DNA of 64,000 nucleotides from an uncultured bacterium (GTDB taxonomy: Bacteria > Muiribacteriota > Ozemobacteria > Ozemobacterales > Ozemobacteraceae): the NCBI GenBank assembly GCA_937949615.1, contig CALEDQ010000008.1, forward strand, positions 827,556-891,555, written 5' to 3'. The notes below the pieces were generated by a model. That model did no database searches, had not been told where the DNA came from, and was given only the letters and a program-made list of their open reading frames with translations. A program made the translations under genes and the position numbers. Below, one piece after another: positions 53,726 to 63,940 of this stretch; the stretch's first letter is position 1; every line of letters starts with the position of its first letter.

Positions 53726-56045
53726 TATCTGTGCTGCCTTCCGGGATCGATTTAAACTTACAACCCTTACCTGAACACTTTATGTAATTACCAAGTTTTT
53801 TCGTCGCATGCCACACCAGCGGCGAACCACATTCCGGGCAGAGCTCACCGGTCGGTTTCGACCAGGTGGTCAAAGTACAGGTCGGGTAATTTGAACAACC
53901 ATAGAACAGTCGGCCACGTTTTGACTTCTTCTCAAGCATTTTACCATTACAGCCTTCGGCCGGACATGCCACACCAATTTCTTTCACTACCGGCCGGGTA
54001 TTTTTGCAGGCCGGATAATTGGTGCAGGCAATAAAACGCCCGAACTTACCATTACGGATATGCATATCAGAACCACACTTGTCGCATTTTTCTTCGACCA
54101 GCTCAAGTTCGCCGGGCTGCGGGGTGCCGACGCTTTCGAGAAGGGCTGTCATCTGCATCGGCGGCTGCGGAATGCCGTCGGCAAAAAGGAGCAGCTCTTC
54201 GGGAATATTGATCGTCGATTTACATTCAGGGTAACCAGAGCAGGCCAGAAACTTGCCGCTGCGGCCCATGCGTACAAGCATTGTCTGACCACATTTTTCG
54301 CATTTTATATCTGATTCGATCTGAACTTTTTCGACCTTTTCTTCAGCTGACTTGAGATCGCGCATGAAAGGCTCGTAAAATTCGCTTAAAACCTGCACCC
54401 AGTCGATTTCACCTTCTTCGATGCGATCGAGATGACTTTCCATGGTGGCGGTAAAGCCAGGATTGATGATGTCAGAGAAGCATTTTTCAAGAATGTGATT
54501 GACGAGAAAAGCGGCATCGGAAGGCTGAAATCTGCCATCGACCTTGCGCACGTATTTGCGCTGCTGAATGGTATCGACAATCGTGGCATAGGTTGATGGC
54601 CGGCCAATTCCTTCTTTTTCGAGGGTTTTGATGATCGAAGACTCGCTGTAGCGTGGCGGCGGGGAGGTAAAATTCTGCTCACCGGCGGCGCTGACAAGAG
54701 AAAGCTTTTCGCCCTTTTCGAGCGGCGGCAACTTCTGCTTGCCCTCTTCAGAAACTTCTGGCTCGGCATCTTCATCGCGACTGACGTTGTAAAGAGAGGT
54801 GAAGCCATCGAAAACCATGGTGGTGCCGGAAGCCTGCAGAATTGCCCCGTCGACATCGACCTCGACAGTAACGACGTTATAACGGGCATCGGCCATCTGA
54901 GAGGCAACGTAACGCCGCCAGACCAGCGTGTAGAGCTTTAATTGTTCTGGTTTGAGAAAGGCTGCCATCTGATCAGGAGTGCGATGTACCGAAGTCGGTC
55001 TGATGGCTTCGTGAGCATCCTGGGCGCCTTTTTTCATGCGGTAAGTGCGGGCGTGTGGCAGGCGGTATTCGCTGCTGAAATTCTCTTTAAGGTAGCCGTC
55101 AAGCTCAGTGAGGCCTTCGGGCGCAATACGCACCGAGTCGGTTCTCATATAGGTTATCAGACCGACCTGGCCCTCACTGCCAATTTCTACACCTTCATAA
55201 AGCTTCTGCGCTACCGACATGGTGCGGCGCGGTGTGAAACCGAACTTCTGTGCGGCTTCAGCCTGCATGGTACTTGTGATAAATGGCGGCGGCGGCGCCT
55301 GTCGGCGTTCGCGACTGTTGACCGAAGTGACCTGCAGCTCAGCCGATTTTATTTTTGCCAGAATCGCATCGGCGGTGGCTTTATCAGGAACAACCGTCTT
55401 TTTGCCAGAATATTTAACCAGCTTGAGCTGAAATTTACGTTGTTTTTCGCCTTTGACATCGGCGCTGAGAACCCAGTATTCCTCAGGTTTGAAAGCGAGA
55501 ATTTCTTTCTCGCGCTGACAGATCAGAGCGACAGCAACTGACTGAACGCGACCGGCCGACAGACCAAGACAGATTTTCTGCCACAGCAGTGGTGAAAGAC
55601 GATAACCTACGAGACGATCGAGAATACGCCGCGACTGCTGCGCATTTACCAGAGCAAAATCAATATTGCGCGGTTGCTCAAGCGATTTGAGAACGTCTTC
55701 CCTGGTAATCGAGTTGAAAGTGATGCGGCACTCAGACATCGGATCGATGTTGAGAACATTGGCAAGGTGCCAGCTGATCGCTTCGCCTTCGCGGTCAGGG
55801 TCAGGGGCGAGATAAATACGGTCGACGGTGCGGGCAACCTTCTGCAGTCGCAGAATAACTTCTTTGCGGTCTTTTACCACATGAAAATCAGGAACGAAAC
55901 CATTTTCAGTGCTGACCCCGAATCTTGACGGCGGCAGATCGATGACATGCCCCTTGCTGGCTTCGACAATAAAATCCTTGCCGAGAAACTTTGACAGTGT
56001 TTTGATCTTACCAGGTGATTCGACGATAATCAGATTTTTGGTCAT
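53703..56045 (-). CDS. topA: DNA topoisomerase I with C-terminal zinc-ribbon repeats
   Basis: Start set at MTKNLIIVESPGKIKTL (TOPRIM) with a GGAGG Shine-Dalgarno. Three C-terminal C4 zinc ribbons are present (CEKCGQTM...CSGYPEC; CDKCGSDM...CTNYPAC; CPAEGCNGK...CSNYPTC). The gene overlaps trmFO by 23 nt. Confidence 0.9.
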   Translation of the reverse strand: MTKNLIIVESPGKIKTLSKFLGKDFIVEASKGHVIDLPPSRFGVSTENGFVPDFHVVKDRKEVILRLQKVARTVDRIYLAPDPDREGEAISWHLANVLNIDPMSECRITFNSITREDVLKSLEQPRNIDFALVNAQQSRRILDRLVGYRLSPLLWQKICLGLSAGRVQSVAVALICQREKEILAFKPEEYWVLSADVKGEKQRKFQLKLVKYSGKKTVVPDKATADAILAKIKSAELQVTSVNSRERRQAPPPPFITSTMQAEAAQKFGFTPRRTMSVAQKLYEGVEIGSEGQVGLITYMRTDSVRIAPEGLTELDGYLKENFSSEYRLPHARTYRMKKGAQDAHEAIRPTSVHRTPDQMAAFLKPEQLKLYTLVWRRYVASQMADARYNVVTVEVDVDGAILQASGTTMVFDGFTSLYNVSRDEDAEPEVSEEGKQKLPPLEKGEKLSLVSAAGEQNFTSPPPRYSESSIIKTLEKEGIGRPSTYATIVDTIQQRKYVRKVDGRFQPSDAAFLVNHILEKCFSDIINPGFTATMESHLDRIEEGEIDWVQVLSEFYEPFMRDLKSAEEKVEKVQIESDIKCEKCGQTMLVRMGRSGKFLACSGYPECKSTINIPEELLLFADGIPQPPMQMTALLESVGTPQPGELELVEEKCDKCGSDMHIRNGKFGRFIACTNYPACKNTRPVVKEIGVACPAEGCNGKMLEKKSKRGRLFYGCSNYPTCTLTTWSKPTGELCPECGSPLVWHATKKLGNYIKCSGKGCKFKSIPEGSTDNDEQQEE

Positions 56046-56076
56046 TGTTCCTCCCGGGCCATTGCTGGCACGGTCT

Positions 56077-56571
56077 TCAGTGCAGTATGGCAGAATGCGG
56101 TGCCGGCGCGGTTTCCTGCCCTTCCATTTCGGAAGCGGGCTTGTGCATGATGACAATCAGCTCGAGCCGTGAGGCCGAGACCTGTCGCATATCGGTTTTC
56201 CAGATATATTCGAGGACCTTCTCGAAATGCAGCGGAGTGATAACGCCATCTTCAACGAGTTTCAACAGAAGCTGCTGCGCTTCAGGCAGCAGGCGTGCAG
56301 CTTCGCAGGCGTGCAGATGCCTGACTCCACTCGGGCGCCCGTCAGAACTGTGTTTGCGGTCGCCGACCCTGACGATCGGGTCAACCTTCTGGGTAATCAT
56401 GGCAACCAGATTCATGGCCGTGTCGATATCGCTGATTTTGAAACCCTTTTCGAGCAGCTTGCTGACCATCGGATCACGGCCGGTTTCGTCGACACCGCTG
56501 GTCTCAATTCGCTTGATGACAATACTCATGATCTTCATGATATTGGTCAACGGGCTTTTAATATTGTTCAT
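56077..56571 (-). CDS. smg: Smg-like protein (DUF494)
   Basis: A 164-aa acidic protein lies between dprA and topA. This is the conserved dprA(smf)-smg-topA synteny known from proteobacteria. Sequence similarity to Smg is weak but compatible. Confidence 0.5.
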   Translation of the reverse strand: MNNIKSPLTNIMKIMSIVIKRIETSGVDETGRDPMVSKLLEKGFKISDIDTAMNLVAMITQKVDPIVRVGDRKHSSDGRPSGVRHLHACEAARLLPEAQQLLLKLVEDGVITPLHFEKVLEYIWKTDMRQVSASRLELIVIMHKPASEMEGQETAPAPHSAILH

Positions 56572-56574
56572 AGC

Positions 56575-57714
56575 CTACCTTTTTTCATTCACTTTTTTTC
56601 TTGCCTGATAATTGCTTCCGGTTAGTTTAATCACATAATCTCTCATTTCGAGCTGCAAAAGTAAAGAAAACAATCTTTCGCGCTGCCAGCCATTTTCGAG
56701 CAACCGATCGAGAGAAACGGGCTCTGATGCCAGTTGCGAGAGCAATTTTTGCTCTTCATCCGTAAGATCATCTTCATGATTTTTTTCTGGCGCAACCGTT
56801 TTTTCGGGTAACAGAGCAGAATAATATCTGATGATTTCATCGGGGTCGGTCACGAGAATGCCGCCATCCTGCAGCAGACTCAAGGTTCCTTCAGATGTGC
56901 TCGATTTGATACTGCCGGGAATTGCGAAAATCTCGCGATTCTGCTCACCGGCCAGTCTGGCAGTTATCAGCGAACCACTGCGCGCACTGGCTTCGACAAC
57001 CAGGGTCGCCACACACATGCCGGAAATAATGCGGTTGCGAACCGGAAAAAACCAGGGCCTGGCAATGGTGCCGGGTGCGTATTCAGAAATTACCGCACCC
57101 TTTTTGAGTATTGCATCGCGAATTTTAAGATTCCCCCGCGGATAGACAACGTCAGGCCCGTTCGCAAGAACTGCGACCGTATGCCCGTCGGCTTCAAGGG
57201 CGCCACGATGCGCATAGGTATCGATACCCAGCGCCAGGCCGCTGACCACGACGAAGCCTGCTTTCGCCAGCCGGCAACCGAAATCACGGGCAATATCGTA
57301 ACCCATCTGAGTGCCGTTGCGGGCGCCAACTATGGCAATTGCCGGCGCATTGCCGAAATCAAGCCGGCCTCTGACAAACAAAGCGACCGGTGAATCAGGT
57401 ATTTCGCGCAGCAGCGCCGGGTATTCTTCATCATTGAAGGTAACGAGCCTGACATCTTTGCGGTCAAGAACTTCAGGCGGGCAGACGGGTTCGATGCGGG
57501 CTGCCTCGGCAACAAAGCGCTCGGCGCGTCTCATATCCCAGCCTTTTATCGCCAGCAGATCGCTTTTAGTGGCGCGAAAAGCCCGCTGCGGAGTTTCGAA
57601 TTCCTTGATCAGCCCGGCAGCAAGAGTAGCGCCGAGCCAGTTCATGGCCGCCAGCTTAAGCCAGGGCAGTCTGCGGTCGGCAGAAAAGACATCAGCCATA
57701 GAACATGCTCTCAC
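56575..57714 (-). CDS. dprA: DNA processing protein DprA (Smf)
   Basis: The Rossmann-like DprA core is VVSGLALGIDTYAHRGALEA...VIAVLANG...GSLITARLAGEQNREIFAIPGSI. A C-terminal winged-helix extension is present. Length is 379 aa. Confidence 0.85.
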   Translation of the reverse strand: MRACSMADVFSADRRLPWLKLAAMNWLGATLAAGLIKEFETPQRAFRATKSDLLAIKGWDMRRAERFVAEAARIEPVCPPEVLDRKDVRLVTFNDEEYPALLREIPDSPVALFVRGRLDFGNAPAIAIVGARNGTQMGYDIARDFGCRLAKAGFVVVSGLALGIDTYAHRGALEADGHTVAVLANGPDVVYPRGNLKIRDAILKKGAVISEYAPGTIARPWFFPVRNRIISGMCVATLVVEASARSGSLITARLAGEQNREIFAIPGSIKSSTSEGTLSLLQDGGILVTDPDEIIRYYSALLPEKTVAPEKNHEDDLTDEEQKLLSQLASEPVSLDRLLENGWQRERLFSLLLQLEMRDYVIKLTGSNYQARKKVNEKR

Positions 57715-60013
57715 GCGGCTGCTTGATCTGCTTCATAGCCTTTTTACACCAGAACACCATCGTTTCATCCTGTGTTTCTGTTGAAACCTGGGTCAGGCGG
57801 GCCATGACCTCCATCCCTGCGGCAACCAGAGCCTCACAGGCCATCGTTTTTATGGCGCTCTGCTCATGCCTGAAAAGGCCGATGAACAGATCAGGGTTAT
57901 CAAGAGCCATTTCACCAAGTGTTCGTTTTATGGTTCTGCCCTCACGTTCATCGCGCACCTTGCCTGAATGCGCCATCAACGAAAGAGCGTCGGCTTCGCT
58001 GTCGAGAGCACCAATTGCCTTGATCGCCGCCAGCCTGACTTTAAGAGAATTGTCGCTAAGCGCTTCATTGAGCATGGTCCTCGCCTTGAGGCCCGGAAAA
58101 CTGCCCAGAGCCTCGGCAGCACAAGCACGCGCCGATTCGTCAGTGTCTTCCATCAGCATGACGATATGATCGACACCGCGGTCATCTTTCATCTCAGCGA
58201 GTGCCAGAGCTGCGTTGCGTCGCAATTCAAGGTCTTCGCCCTCGATGCAGCGAATCAGTTCCTTGAAAACTTTATCGCCGAGCTTTTCGAAAGCGGTTAC
58301 CACATTGCGGTGCACGTCGGTGTTGCGGTCAGAAAAACTTCTGATCAGCGGAATAATCGAGCGGGGATCGCCGGTCTGCCCAAGCGAGATGGCCGCGTAG
58401 GTGCGCACCCATTCGCTGTCGTCACGTAAAGCGATGATCAGTGGCTCAACCAGGTCGGATGAATTGATCAGGCCGGCAGCCTGACAGGCATAGAGGCGCA
58501 ATTCGGCATCGCCTTTGCGCATCGCCTCGATCAGCCTCGGCAGGTAACGCGGGCCGATTTCTCTGATAATCTGACCGATCCAGTGGCGAATATCTTCATT
58601 ATCGCTCGAAATATGGCGCAGCAGGTCTTCAAGCGGCGGGTTATCGAGACGGCAGATACTTTCGGCAGCCGCCTTGCGCACGCTCCAGACTTCGTCCGAG
58701 AGAGCATGCACAAGAGATCTGGCTACCGACGAATCGAATGAGCTGCCAAGTGCCCGGGCGGCAAAGAACCTGATTTCGCGGTTCGGATCTTTTAACGCTC
58801 GTATCAGGAATGGAACGCCCGGCTCACCGATACTTTCGAGAATGCGGGTAACCCAGTAGCGCACATCATCGTTGGGACTTTTCAGGGCCTCAGCGATTTT
58901 ATCAACGCCGCGCTCGCCGATTTCGGTAAGCGCATAAGCGCTGCTGCGCCTGACGTTCCAGTCTTCGTGCGACAAGCCGTTGACCAGCACCGGTACGGCG
59001 CGAGGATTACCAATTTCCCCCAGCGCTGAAGCCGCAAAGGCCAGAATCTCAGGGTTTTTCAGTTTAAACAGTCGCATCAACGGTTCTACGACACGGGCGC
59101 CGATTTTGACGATCGACTTGCGAATCAGATAACGATGGTTTTCATCCATTTTGATGATTTCGTCGAAAAGGCGCTGCAGACTGGCATTCCCAGCCTTGAC
59201 CAGCGCTCTGAGACAGCCGTCACGAATTTCTTCGTTCGGGCCGCGCAGATATTCAAGCATCATGTCAACGGCATTATCACCGATTTCGGCAAGGGCCATA
59301 GTGGCGCTTTTGCGAATTGTCCAGTCGGGGTCGGCAAGCGATTCAATAAGTACCCTGATAACTCTTTTATCACCAGATTCGCCAAGGGCGGCCGCAATAA
59401 CATAGCGCGTCTGTTTATCACCGTTGCGCAAAGCCTCGAGCAGAAATCGCTGGGCTTTGGGCCCGAGTTTGCCGAGGGTTTTGATCGCCCAGAAGCGGAT
59501 ATCTTCATCTTCGGTAAGTTTAAGAACCTGCTGCAGCGGTGCAATTACCGCTTCACCATACTTTACCAGGGCGTCAGAAGCTGCTTTGCGCACGCGCCAG
59601 CGCTCGTCGCCCAGTGCTTTCAGCAGCATGGTGACACCCTGTGGAATCCTGGCGCTGCCAAGAGCGTTGCAGGCGAAGTATCTGATTTCGTCGTTGGTGC
59701 TCTTCATGGCCCGCAGAATGGCAGGCAGGCCCTTGGGGCCTATTTCGCCAAGAATCTGCAACGACCAGTGCTGCACATCCTGATTATAGGAGTTTATTGC
59801 CCCAGAAAGCACAGGAACAGCAGCGTCACCAAAATCTTTCACGATATCGGCGGCAGCTTTGCGCACTACCCAGAATTCATCAGCAAAGCACGAAACAAGA
59901 AACTGCAGAGCGTTCTCGTCTCTTACGGCGGCGATTTTGCGCAGAAGCTCCAGACGTTTCTGCCTGGTAGCGCTGGCAAAAAGTTCAACATAATACTGGC
60001 TGCTGTTTTCCAT
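57692..60013 (-). CDS. HEAT/PBS-lyase-type repeat protein (773 aa)
   Basis: More than 15 tandem ~31-aa repeats fit the pattern D.d..VR..AA.ALG.IGd..A...L...L.D. Examples are DEDIRFWAIKTLGKLGP, DWNVRRSSAYALTEIGE and DDVRYWVTRILESIGE. Confidence 0.8.
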   Translation of the reverse strand: MENSSQYYVELFASATRQKRLELLRKIAAVRDENALQFLVSCFADEFWVVRKAAADIVKDFGDAAVPVLSGAINSYNQDVQHWSLQILGEIGPKGLPAILRAMKSTNDEIRYFACNALGSARIPQGVTMLLKALGDERWRVRKAASDALVKYGEAVIAPLQQVLKLTEDEDIRFWAIKTLGKLGPKAQRFLLEALRNGDKQTRYVIAAALGESGDKRVIRVLIESLADPDWTIRKSATMALAEIGDNAVDMMLEYLRGPNEEIRDGCLRALVKAGNASLQRLFDEIIKMDENHRYLIRKSIVKIGARVVEPLMRLFKLKNPEILAFAASALGEIGNPRAVPVLVNGLSHEDWNVRRSSAYALTEIGERGVDKIAEALKSPNDDVRYWVTRILESIGEPGVPFLIRALKDPNREIRFFAARALGSSFDSSVARSLVHALSDEVWSVRKAAAESICRLDNPPLEDLLRHISSDNEDIRHWIGQIIREIGPRYLPRLIEAMRKGDAELRLYACQAAGLINSSDLVEPLIIALRDDSEWVRTYAAISLGQTGDPRSIIPLIRSFSDRNTDVHRNVVTAFEKLGDKVFKELIRCIEGEDLELRRNAALALAEMKDDRGVDHIVMLMEDTDESARACAAEALGSFPGLKARTMLNEALSDNSLKVRLAAIKAIGALDSEADALSLMAHSGKVRDEREGRTIKRTLGEMALDNPDLFIGLFRHEQSAIKTMACEALVAAGMEVMARLTQVSTETQDETMVFWCKKAMKQIKQPRESMFYG

Positions 60014-60036
60014 TTAAGATCCTTTGCTGCTGAGAA

Positions 60037-61293
60037 TCATCGGGGAGCTGAGTCAGAGGCATTTTTCGGCGGTTCTGGCTGGTCTGGCTGGTCTGGCTGG
60101 TCTTCAAGTTCGCTGACCTGAACCTGCAGGGTTTCGGGCACAATTTTCAGAACGGTGATATTACCGGGCAGACCAGCCGGCGCTGTCAGGTTTACCGGGT
60201 AAGAACCCGGCTTCATATTTTCTACATCCAGTGTCATCTGCAATTTGGCGTTGCTGATTTTGTCGAGGTCTTTCAGATACCCCTCGACTTCAATCGAGTA
60301 AGAAGACACAGAAACCGAAGCATGCTGGTGAGAGCCTTTCTTCAATTCAAAGGGAAGCCCCTGATAAACACGGGTTACCTTGCTGTCTACAAGTGTAAGA
60401 TGCAAAAGCACCGGTGCTGAAGAGATGAGTTTGACATTTTCGCCCGGGAATTCGAGCTTAACCGGAACTGCCCCTGACTCTTCAATTTTTGCGAGGTCTA
60501 CCGGCTTAAACGACAGGTCTTTCATCGGGTTTATCAGTCGTGCCGGGCCGCTGATCTGGACGCTTTCAGGCACGAGTTTGAAACCGTCAAGTTTTTTGCC
60601 TTCTGGTGATTTGTTGATAAAAACTGGTTTTGCCAATGGCAGAGTCTTTGTCGGATAGCCTTGCTTAACCGTCACGTCGACATTGATTTTGCCAGGAGTG
60701 ACGATTATTTCTTCATCCGTGATGCCAGACTCAAGAATTACCTTTATTTCGCGCTGTTCGCTGATCGAATTCTTTACCTGCTCAAGATTTATATCGACCT
60801 GACAGGCGGTAACCCTTTTTATGAGGGAATCAGGGCCTTCGATCGTCACCTGTGCAGGCGTCAGAAGAGGTTCATCAAAAAGAAAGCCATCAGCCGGCTG
60901 CCCAAGAATTTCGGCACGCACGTCGATTCTTTTGCGGATGATAGGCACCGCATCGACCTGAATCTGAGCCGGCGAAAGTGACACGACCGACAGCCCCGGC
61001 GCCGTGGTAACCCTGACCGGCAACTGGGCACGCCCGGGTCTAAGGTTATAAAGATCGACAGTAACCTGCAGTTTGTTGTTGGTTGCGAGAATAAAATCGC
61101 GGCGGGTGCCTTCGACCTGAACGTTGACGCTTGGCTTGACCGGGGTCACCTTAACGCTTTCGGGCACGTTGCGGTATTCTACCTCGGCCTCGATAGTTCT
61201 GCGAATCTGCGGTGGAATAACAAGGTTGACATAGATCCAGGCAAAGACGCCCAGAAGAATCGAAAGGGTTTTGAGCCAGATACGGTCAGTCAT
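60037..61293 (-). CDS. cdaR: YbbR-domain protein CdaR (regulator of diadenylate cyclase)
   Basis: An N-terminal TM anchor (LKTLSILLGVFAWIYVNLV) is followed by four YbbR-like repeats. The gene sits immediately downstream of cdaA, and its start overlaps the cdaA stop by 4 nt. Confidence 0.75.
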   Translation of the reverse strand: MTDRIWLKTLSILLGVFAWIYVNLVIPPQIRRTIEAEVEYRNVPESVKVTPVKPSVNVQVEGTRRDFILATNNKLQVTVDLYNLRPGRAQLPVRVTTAPGLSVVSLSPAQIQVDAVPIIRKRIDVRAEILGQPADGFLFDEPLLTPAQVTIEGPDSLIKRVTACQVDINLEQVKNSISEQREIKVILESGITDEEIIVTPGKINVDVTVKQGYPTKTLPLAKPVFINKSPEGKKLDGFKLVPESVQISGPARLINPMKDLSFKPVDLAKIEESGAVPVKLEFPGENVKLISSAPVLLHLTLVDSKVTRVYQGLPFELKKGSHQHASVSVSSYSIEVEGYLKDLDKISNAKLQMTLDVENMKPGSYPVNLTAPAGLPGNITVLKIVPETLQVQVSELEDQPDQPDQPEPPKNASDSAPR

Positions 61294-62105
61294 TTTTTAC
61301 CGAACAGCCCCCTTGCCCGGTTAACTCTGGTGAAAGCAGCCGTCACCAGTTTCTTGATACGATCCATGGTCAGGGCACGTGTCAGTTTGCCACCCTTGGC
61401 CTTTGAAATCTGACCGGTCTCTTCGCTGACCACAAGAACCAGCGCATCGGTAATTTCGGAAACACCGATCGCAGCGCGGTGCCTCGATCCAAGTTCCTTG
61501 GCCACCTCGTTGTGGTTGCTGGCCGAAGGCAAAAAACAGGCTGCCGCCTCGATCATCTGCCCCTTGATAATTACGGCACCGTCATGCAACGGCGTAAATG
61601 GCATGAAAATCGTATTCAACAGCTCGGCACTGATTTTACTGCGCATCATTACACCGTTTTCCATGAAATCTTTCAAACCGATTTCCTGCTCAAAAACAAT
61701 CAGAGCGCCGATGCGTTTCTTAGAGAAATTCTCGATTGCCTTGCACACCTCTTCAGCCAGCTCTTCTGCCGAATCTTCAGAGGTAACCTGTTCACCCAGA
61801 AAACGCCCCTTGCCGATATCTTCGAGAGCGCGCCGCAATTCAGGCTGAAAAATTACGACAAGTGCCAGAAAGCCTGTTGGCAGCGCATTCGACAGCGCCC
61901 AGCTGACCGTATTGAAATCGAGATCTTTGGTGACTACCAGCAGCACCAGAATTATGCCAAGGCCCTTGAGCAGGTTGTAGGCCCGCGTGCCTTCAATAAA
62001 AAGAAGAGCACGGTAAATGCCATAACTGACCAGCATGATATCGAAAAAATCAACGAGCGAGATATCACGCGCGATGGCGATAATGAGATCGAGAATCTGC
62101 TGCAA
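61290..62105 (-). CDS. cdaA: Diadenylate cyclase CdaA (3 N-terminal TM helices plus DAC domain)
   Basis: DAC motifs are present: LHDGAVIIKG (DGA), GSRHRAAIGVSE (RHR) and TDALVLVVSEETGQIS. Confidence 0.9.
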   Translation of the reverse strand: MQQILDLIIAIARDISLVDFFDIMLVSYGIYRALLFIEGTRAYNLLKGLGIILVLLVVTKDLDFNTVSWALSNALPTGFLALVVIFQPELRRALEDIGKGRFLGEQVTSEDSAEELAEEVCKAIENFSKKRIGALIVFEQEIGLKDFMENGVMMRSKISAELLNTIFMPFTPLHDGAVIIKGQMIEAAACFLPSASNHNEVAKELGSRHRAAIGVSEITDALVLVVSEETGQISKAKGGKLTRALTMDRIKKLVTAAFTRVNRARGLFGKK

Positions 62106-62109
62106 AATT

Positions 62110-62991
62110 TTACTCCAGGCCGGTAGTAAGCCTAATCATCAATTCCTTCGCTTTTGCCGATGGGCGGCACAGCGGCGGGCGGGTAAAATCTTCAATAATG
62201 CCGGCATTGGCAAGCGCAGCCTTGGCAGGCAAAGGGTTCGCTTCAATGAACAGGCCGCGATGCAGATCGAGCAGGCGATAATGAATCGCCCGTGCTTCGG
62301 CCCAGTTCCCGGCCAGAGCCGCATCGTTGAACTTTTTCATCATTGCCGGCGCCACATTGGCAGTTACCGAAATGGTGCCGATACCGCCGCAGGCCATAAT
62401 CGGAAGATTCAGAGCATCGTCACCCGAGAAAACACCGAATCCGGCAGGAACCCGGCGAATGATTTCCATTATCTGATCGAGATTGCCTGAAGCTTCTTTG
62501 ACCGCGACGATGTTCTTTTCAGCTGCAAGATCGACGACCGTATCGGGGAGCAGGTTACAGCCGGTACGCCCCGGAACGTTGTAAAGAACCACCGGCAGCG
62601 GCGTCGCCGCAGCAACGGCCTTATAATGAATTTTAAGGCCTTCCTGCGGCGGTTTGTTGTAATAAGGGGTAACGACAAGCACAGCATCAGCGCCAAGATC
62701 GACTGCTTTTGCGGTCAGCTCGACAACTGCGGCAGTATTGTTGCCGCCGGTACCGAACATGATCGGAACCTTGCCGGCGGTAATCTGCCTGACTTCAGCC
62801 ATCAGAGCCTTCTTCTCATCAAAAGTGAGAGTTACCGATTCCCCGGTGGTGCCGCAGATTAGAATGCCGTCAGTAGCAGCCGACATCTGCATCTTCACCA
62901 GCTTTTCAAAAGCCTTGAAGTCAATTTTGCCATCTTCTGTGAAAGGGGTAATCAGTGCTACCCATGAACCTCTAAGAAAATTCGTGCGCAT
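62110..62991 (-). CDS. dapA: 4-hydroxy-tetrahydrodipicolinate synthase
   Basis: Start set at MRTNFLRGSWVALITPF (ATG at 62991). GTTGESVTLTFDEKKAL and the Schiff-base lysine region IVAVKEASGNL are present. Length is 293 aa. Confidence 0.9.
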   Translation of the reverse strand: MRTNFLRGSWVALITPFTEDGKIDFKAFEKLVKMQMSAATDGILICGTTGESVTLTFDEKKALMAEVRQITAGKVPIMFGTGGNNTAAVVELTAKAVDLGADAVLVVTPYYNKPPQEGLKIHYKAVAAATPLPVVLYNVPGRTGCNLLPDTVVDLAAEKNIVAVKEASGNLDQIMEIIRRVPAGFGVFSGDDALNLPIMACGGIGTISVTANVAPAMMKKFNDAALAGNWAEARAIHYRLLDLHRGLFIEANPLPAKAALANAGIIEDFTRPPLCRPSAKAKELMIRLTTGLE

Positions 62992-63120
62992 TATTTGCCC
63001 CCGGGCGTTGTTTTTCCCTGTTATATTAACACCATTGGCAGCAAATTTCACGACAAAAAGAAGGGAAATTTTTGCAATATTGCGCATCGTAAAAATTGAC
63101 TTTGCCGATATTCAGGTTGT

Positions 63121-63825
63121 ATGTTAAAGCAGCTCATGCAAAACAGCAGCGAAAAATTGCCACAGACCCTGCGGCCACTGGTGTTGTTCTGTCTTCCTGA
63201 ACAACGCCCGATGACTGCTGATCTTGCCGTTCTCGATCTGCCACCGCTTTTTTCTCTGCCCGACTACGCCGTTTCGTGGTCAGCACAACAGAATGGCTGG
63301 TTGAGAACCCTGGCGCGCGATCATCGTGTCTTCTGCCAGCCGGACTGCGAAAACCTGACTCTGCGGCTTAACAGCTACGATCTGCTGATCGCCAGCCCCC
63401 TGAGTCTGAATACACTCGCCAAATTCGCACTCGGCCTGCGCGATTCGTTTCCGGCAGAGATTCTCTGGCAGTTTTCCGCGCTCGGCAAGCCGATTTTGCT
63501 TGACGAAAGCTGTCTGCCCGATGAAAAGACCGCGATGAACCCGCATCTGATTAAAATTTACCGCCGCCACTGGCAGGCGATTACCGGCGGCACCGTCAGC
63601 GGCTTCAACCACGACAATCTGTCTGAAATCGCTACCCGCATGATCAGAGCCAGAGCCGCGGCAGCCAGACAGGTCGTTCCCGGCAGCCGCGTCTTTATCA
63701 CCCGCGACGACGTTATCGCCGCTGCTGCCTCGCTCGAACCGATGCGCCTGCCATACAACGCCATCATCACTGATGCGGCCCGCGAAGAAGCCGAAGCTCG
63801 CGGTGTTGTCATCATTCAAGCCTGA
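63121..63825 (+). CDS. Hypothetical protein (234 aa)
   Basis: The plus-strand ORF has protein-like composition. The overlapping minus-strand ORF at 63280-63927 translates to Gly/Ala/Asp-rich low complexity. I recognise no family. Confidence 0.5.
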   Translation: MLKQLMQNSSEKLPQTLRPLVLFCLPEQRPMTADLAVLDLPPLFSLPDYAVSWSAQQNGWLRTLARDHRVFCQPDCENLTLRLNSYDLLIASPLSLNTLAKFALGLRDSFPAEILWQFSALGKPILLDESCLPDEKTAMNPHLIKIYRRHWQAITGGTVSGFNHDNLSEIATRMIRARAAAARQVVPGSRVFITRDDVIAAAASLEPMRLPYNAIITDAAREEAEARGVVIIQA

Positions 63826-63940
63826 CGCAAGCAACTCCTGCCCTTTCCCAAAACATATAAACAAAACCGCAAATTCTGTACATTGCTCTATGGATGTCGC
63901 TGTGGTATAATGGCCCACACTTCCCAAACTTGGAGGGTAT

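Noticed and set aside
59135-60121. 328-aa plus-strand ORF
   Set aside because: It is antisense to the HEAT-repeat gene, whose product has a regular repeat structure. It has no RBS.
63280-63927. 215-aa minus-strand ORF overlapping 63121-63825
   Set aside because: The translation is a Gly/Ala/Asp-rich low-complexity string. The plus-strand ORF has more protein-like composition and the same orientation as downstream yebC. Only one of the two can be real, and I chose the plus-strand ORF with low confidence.
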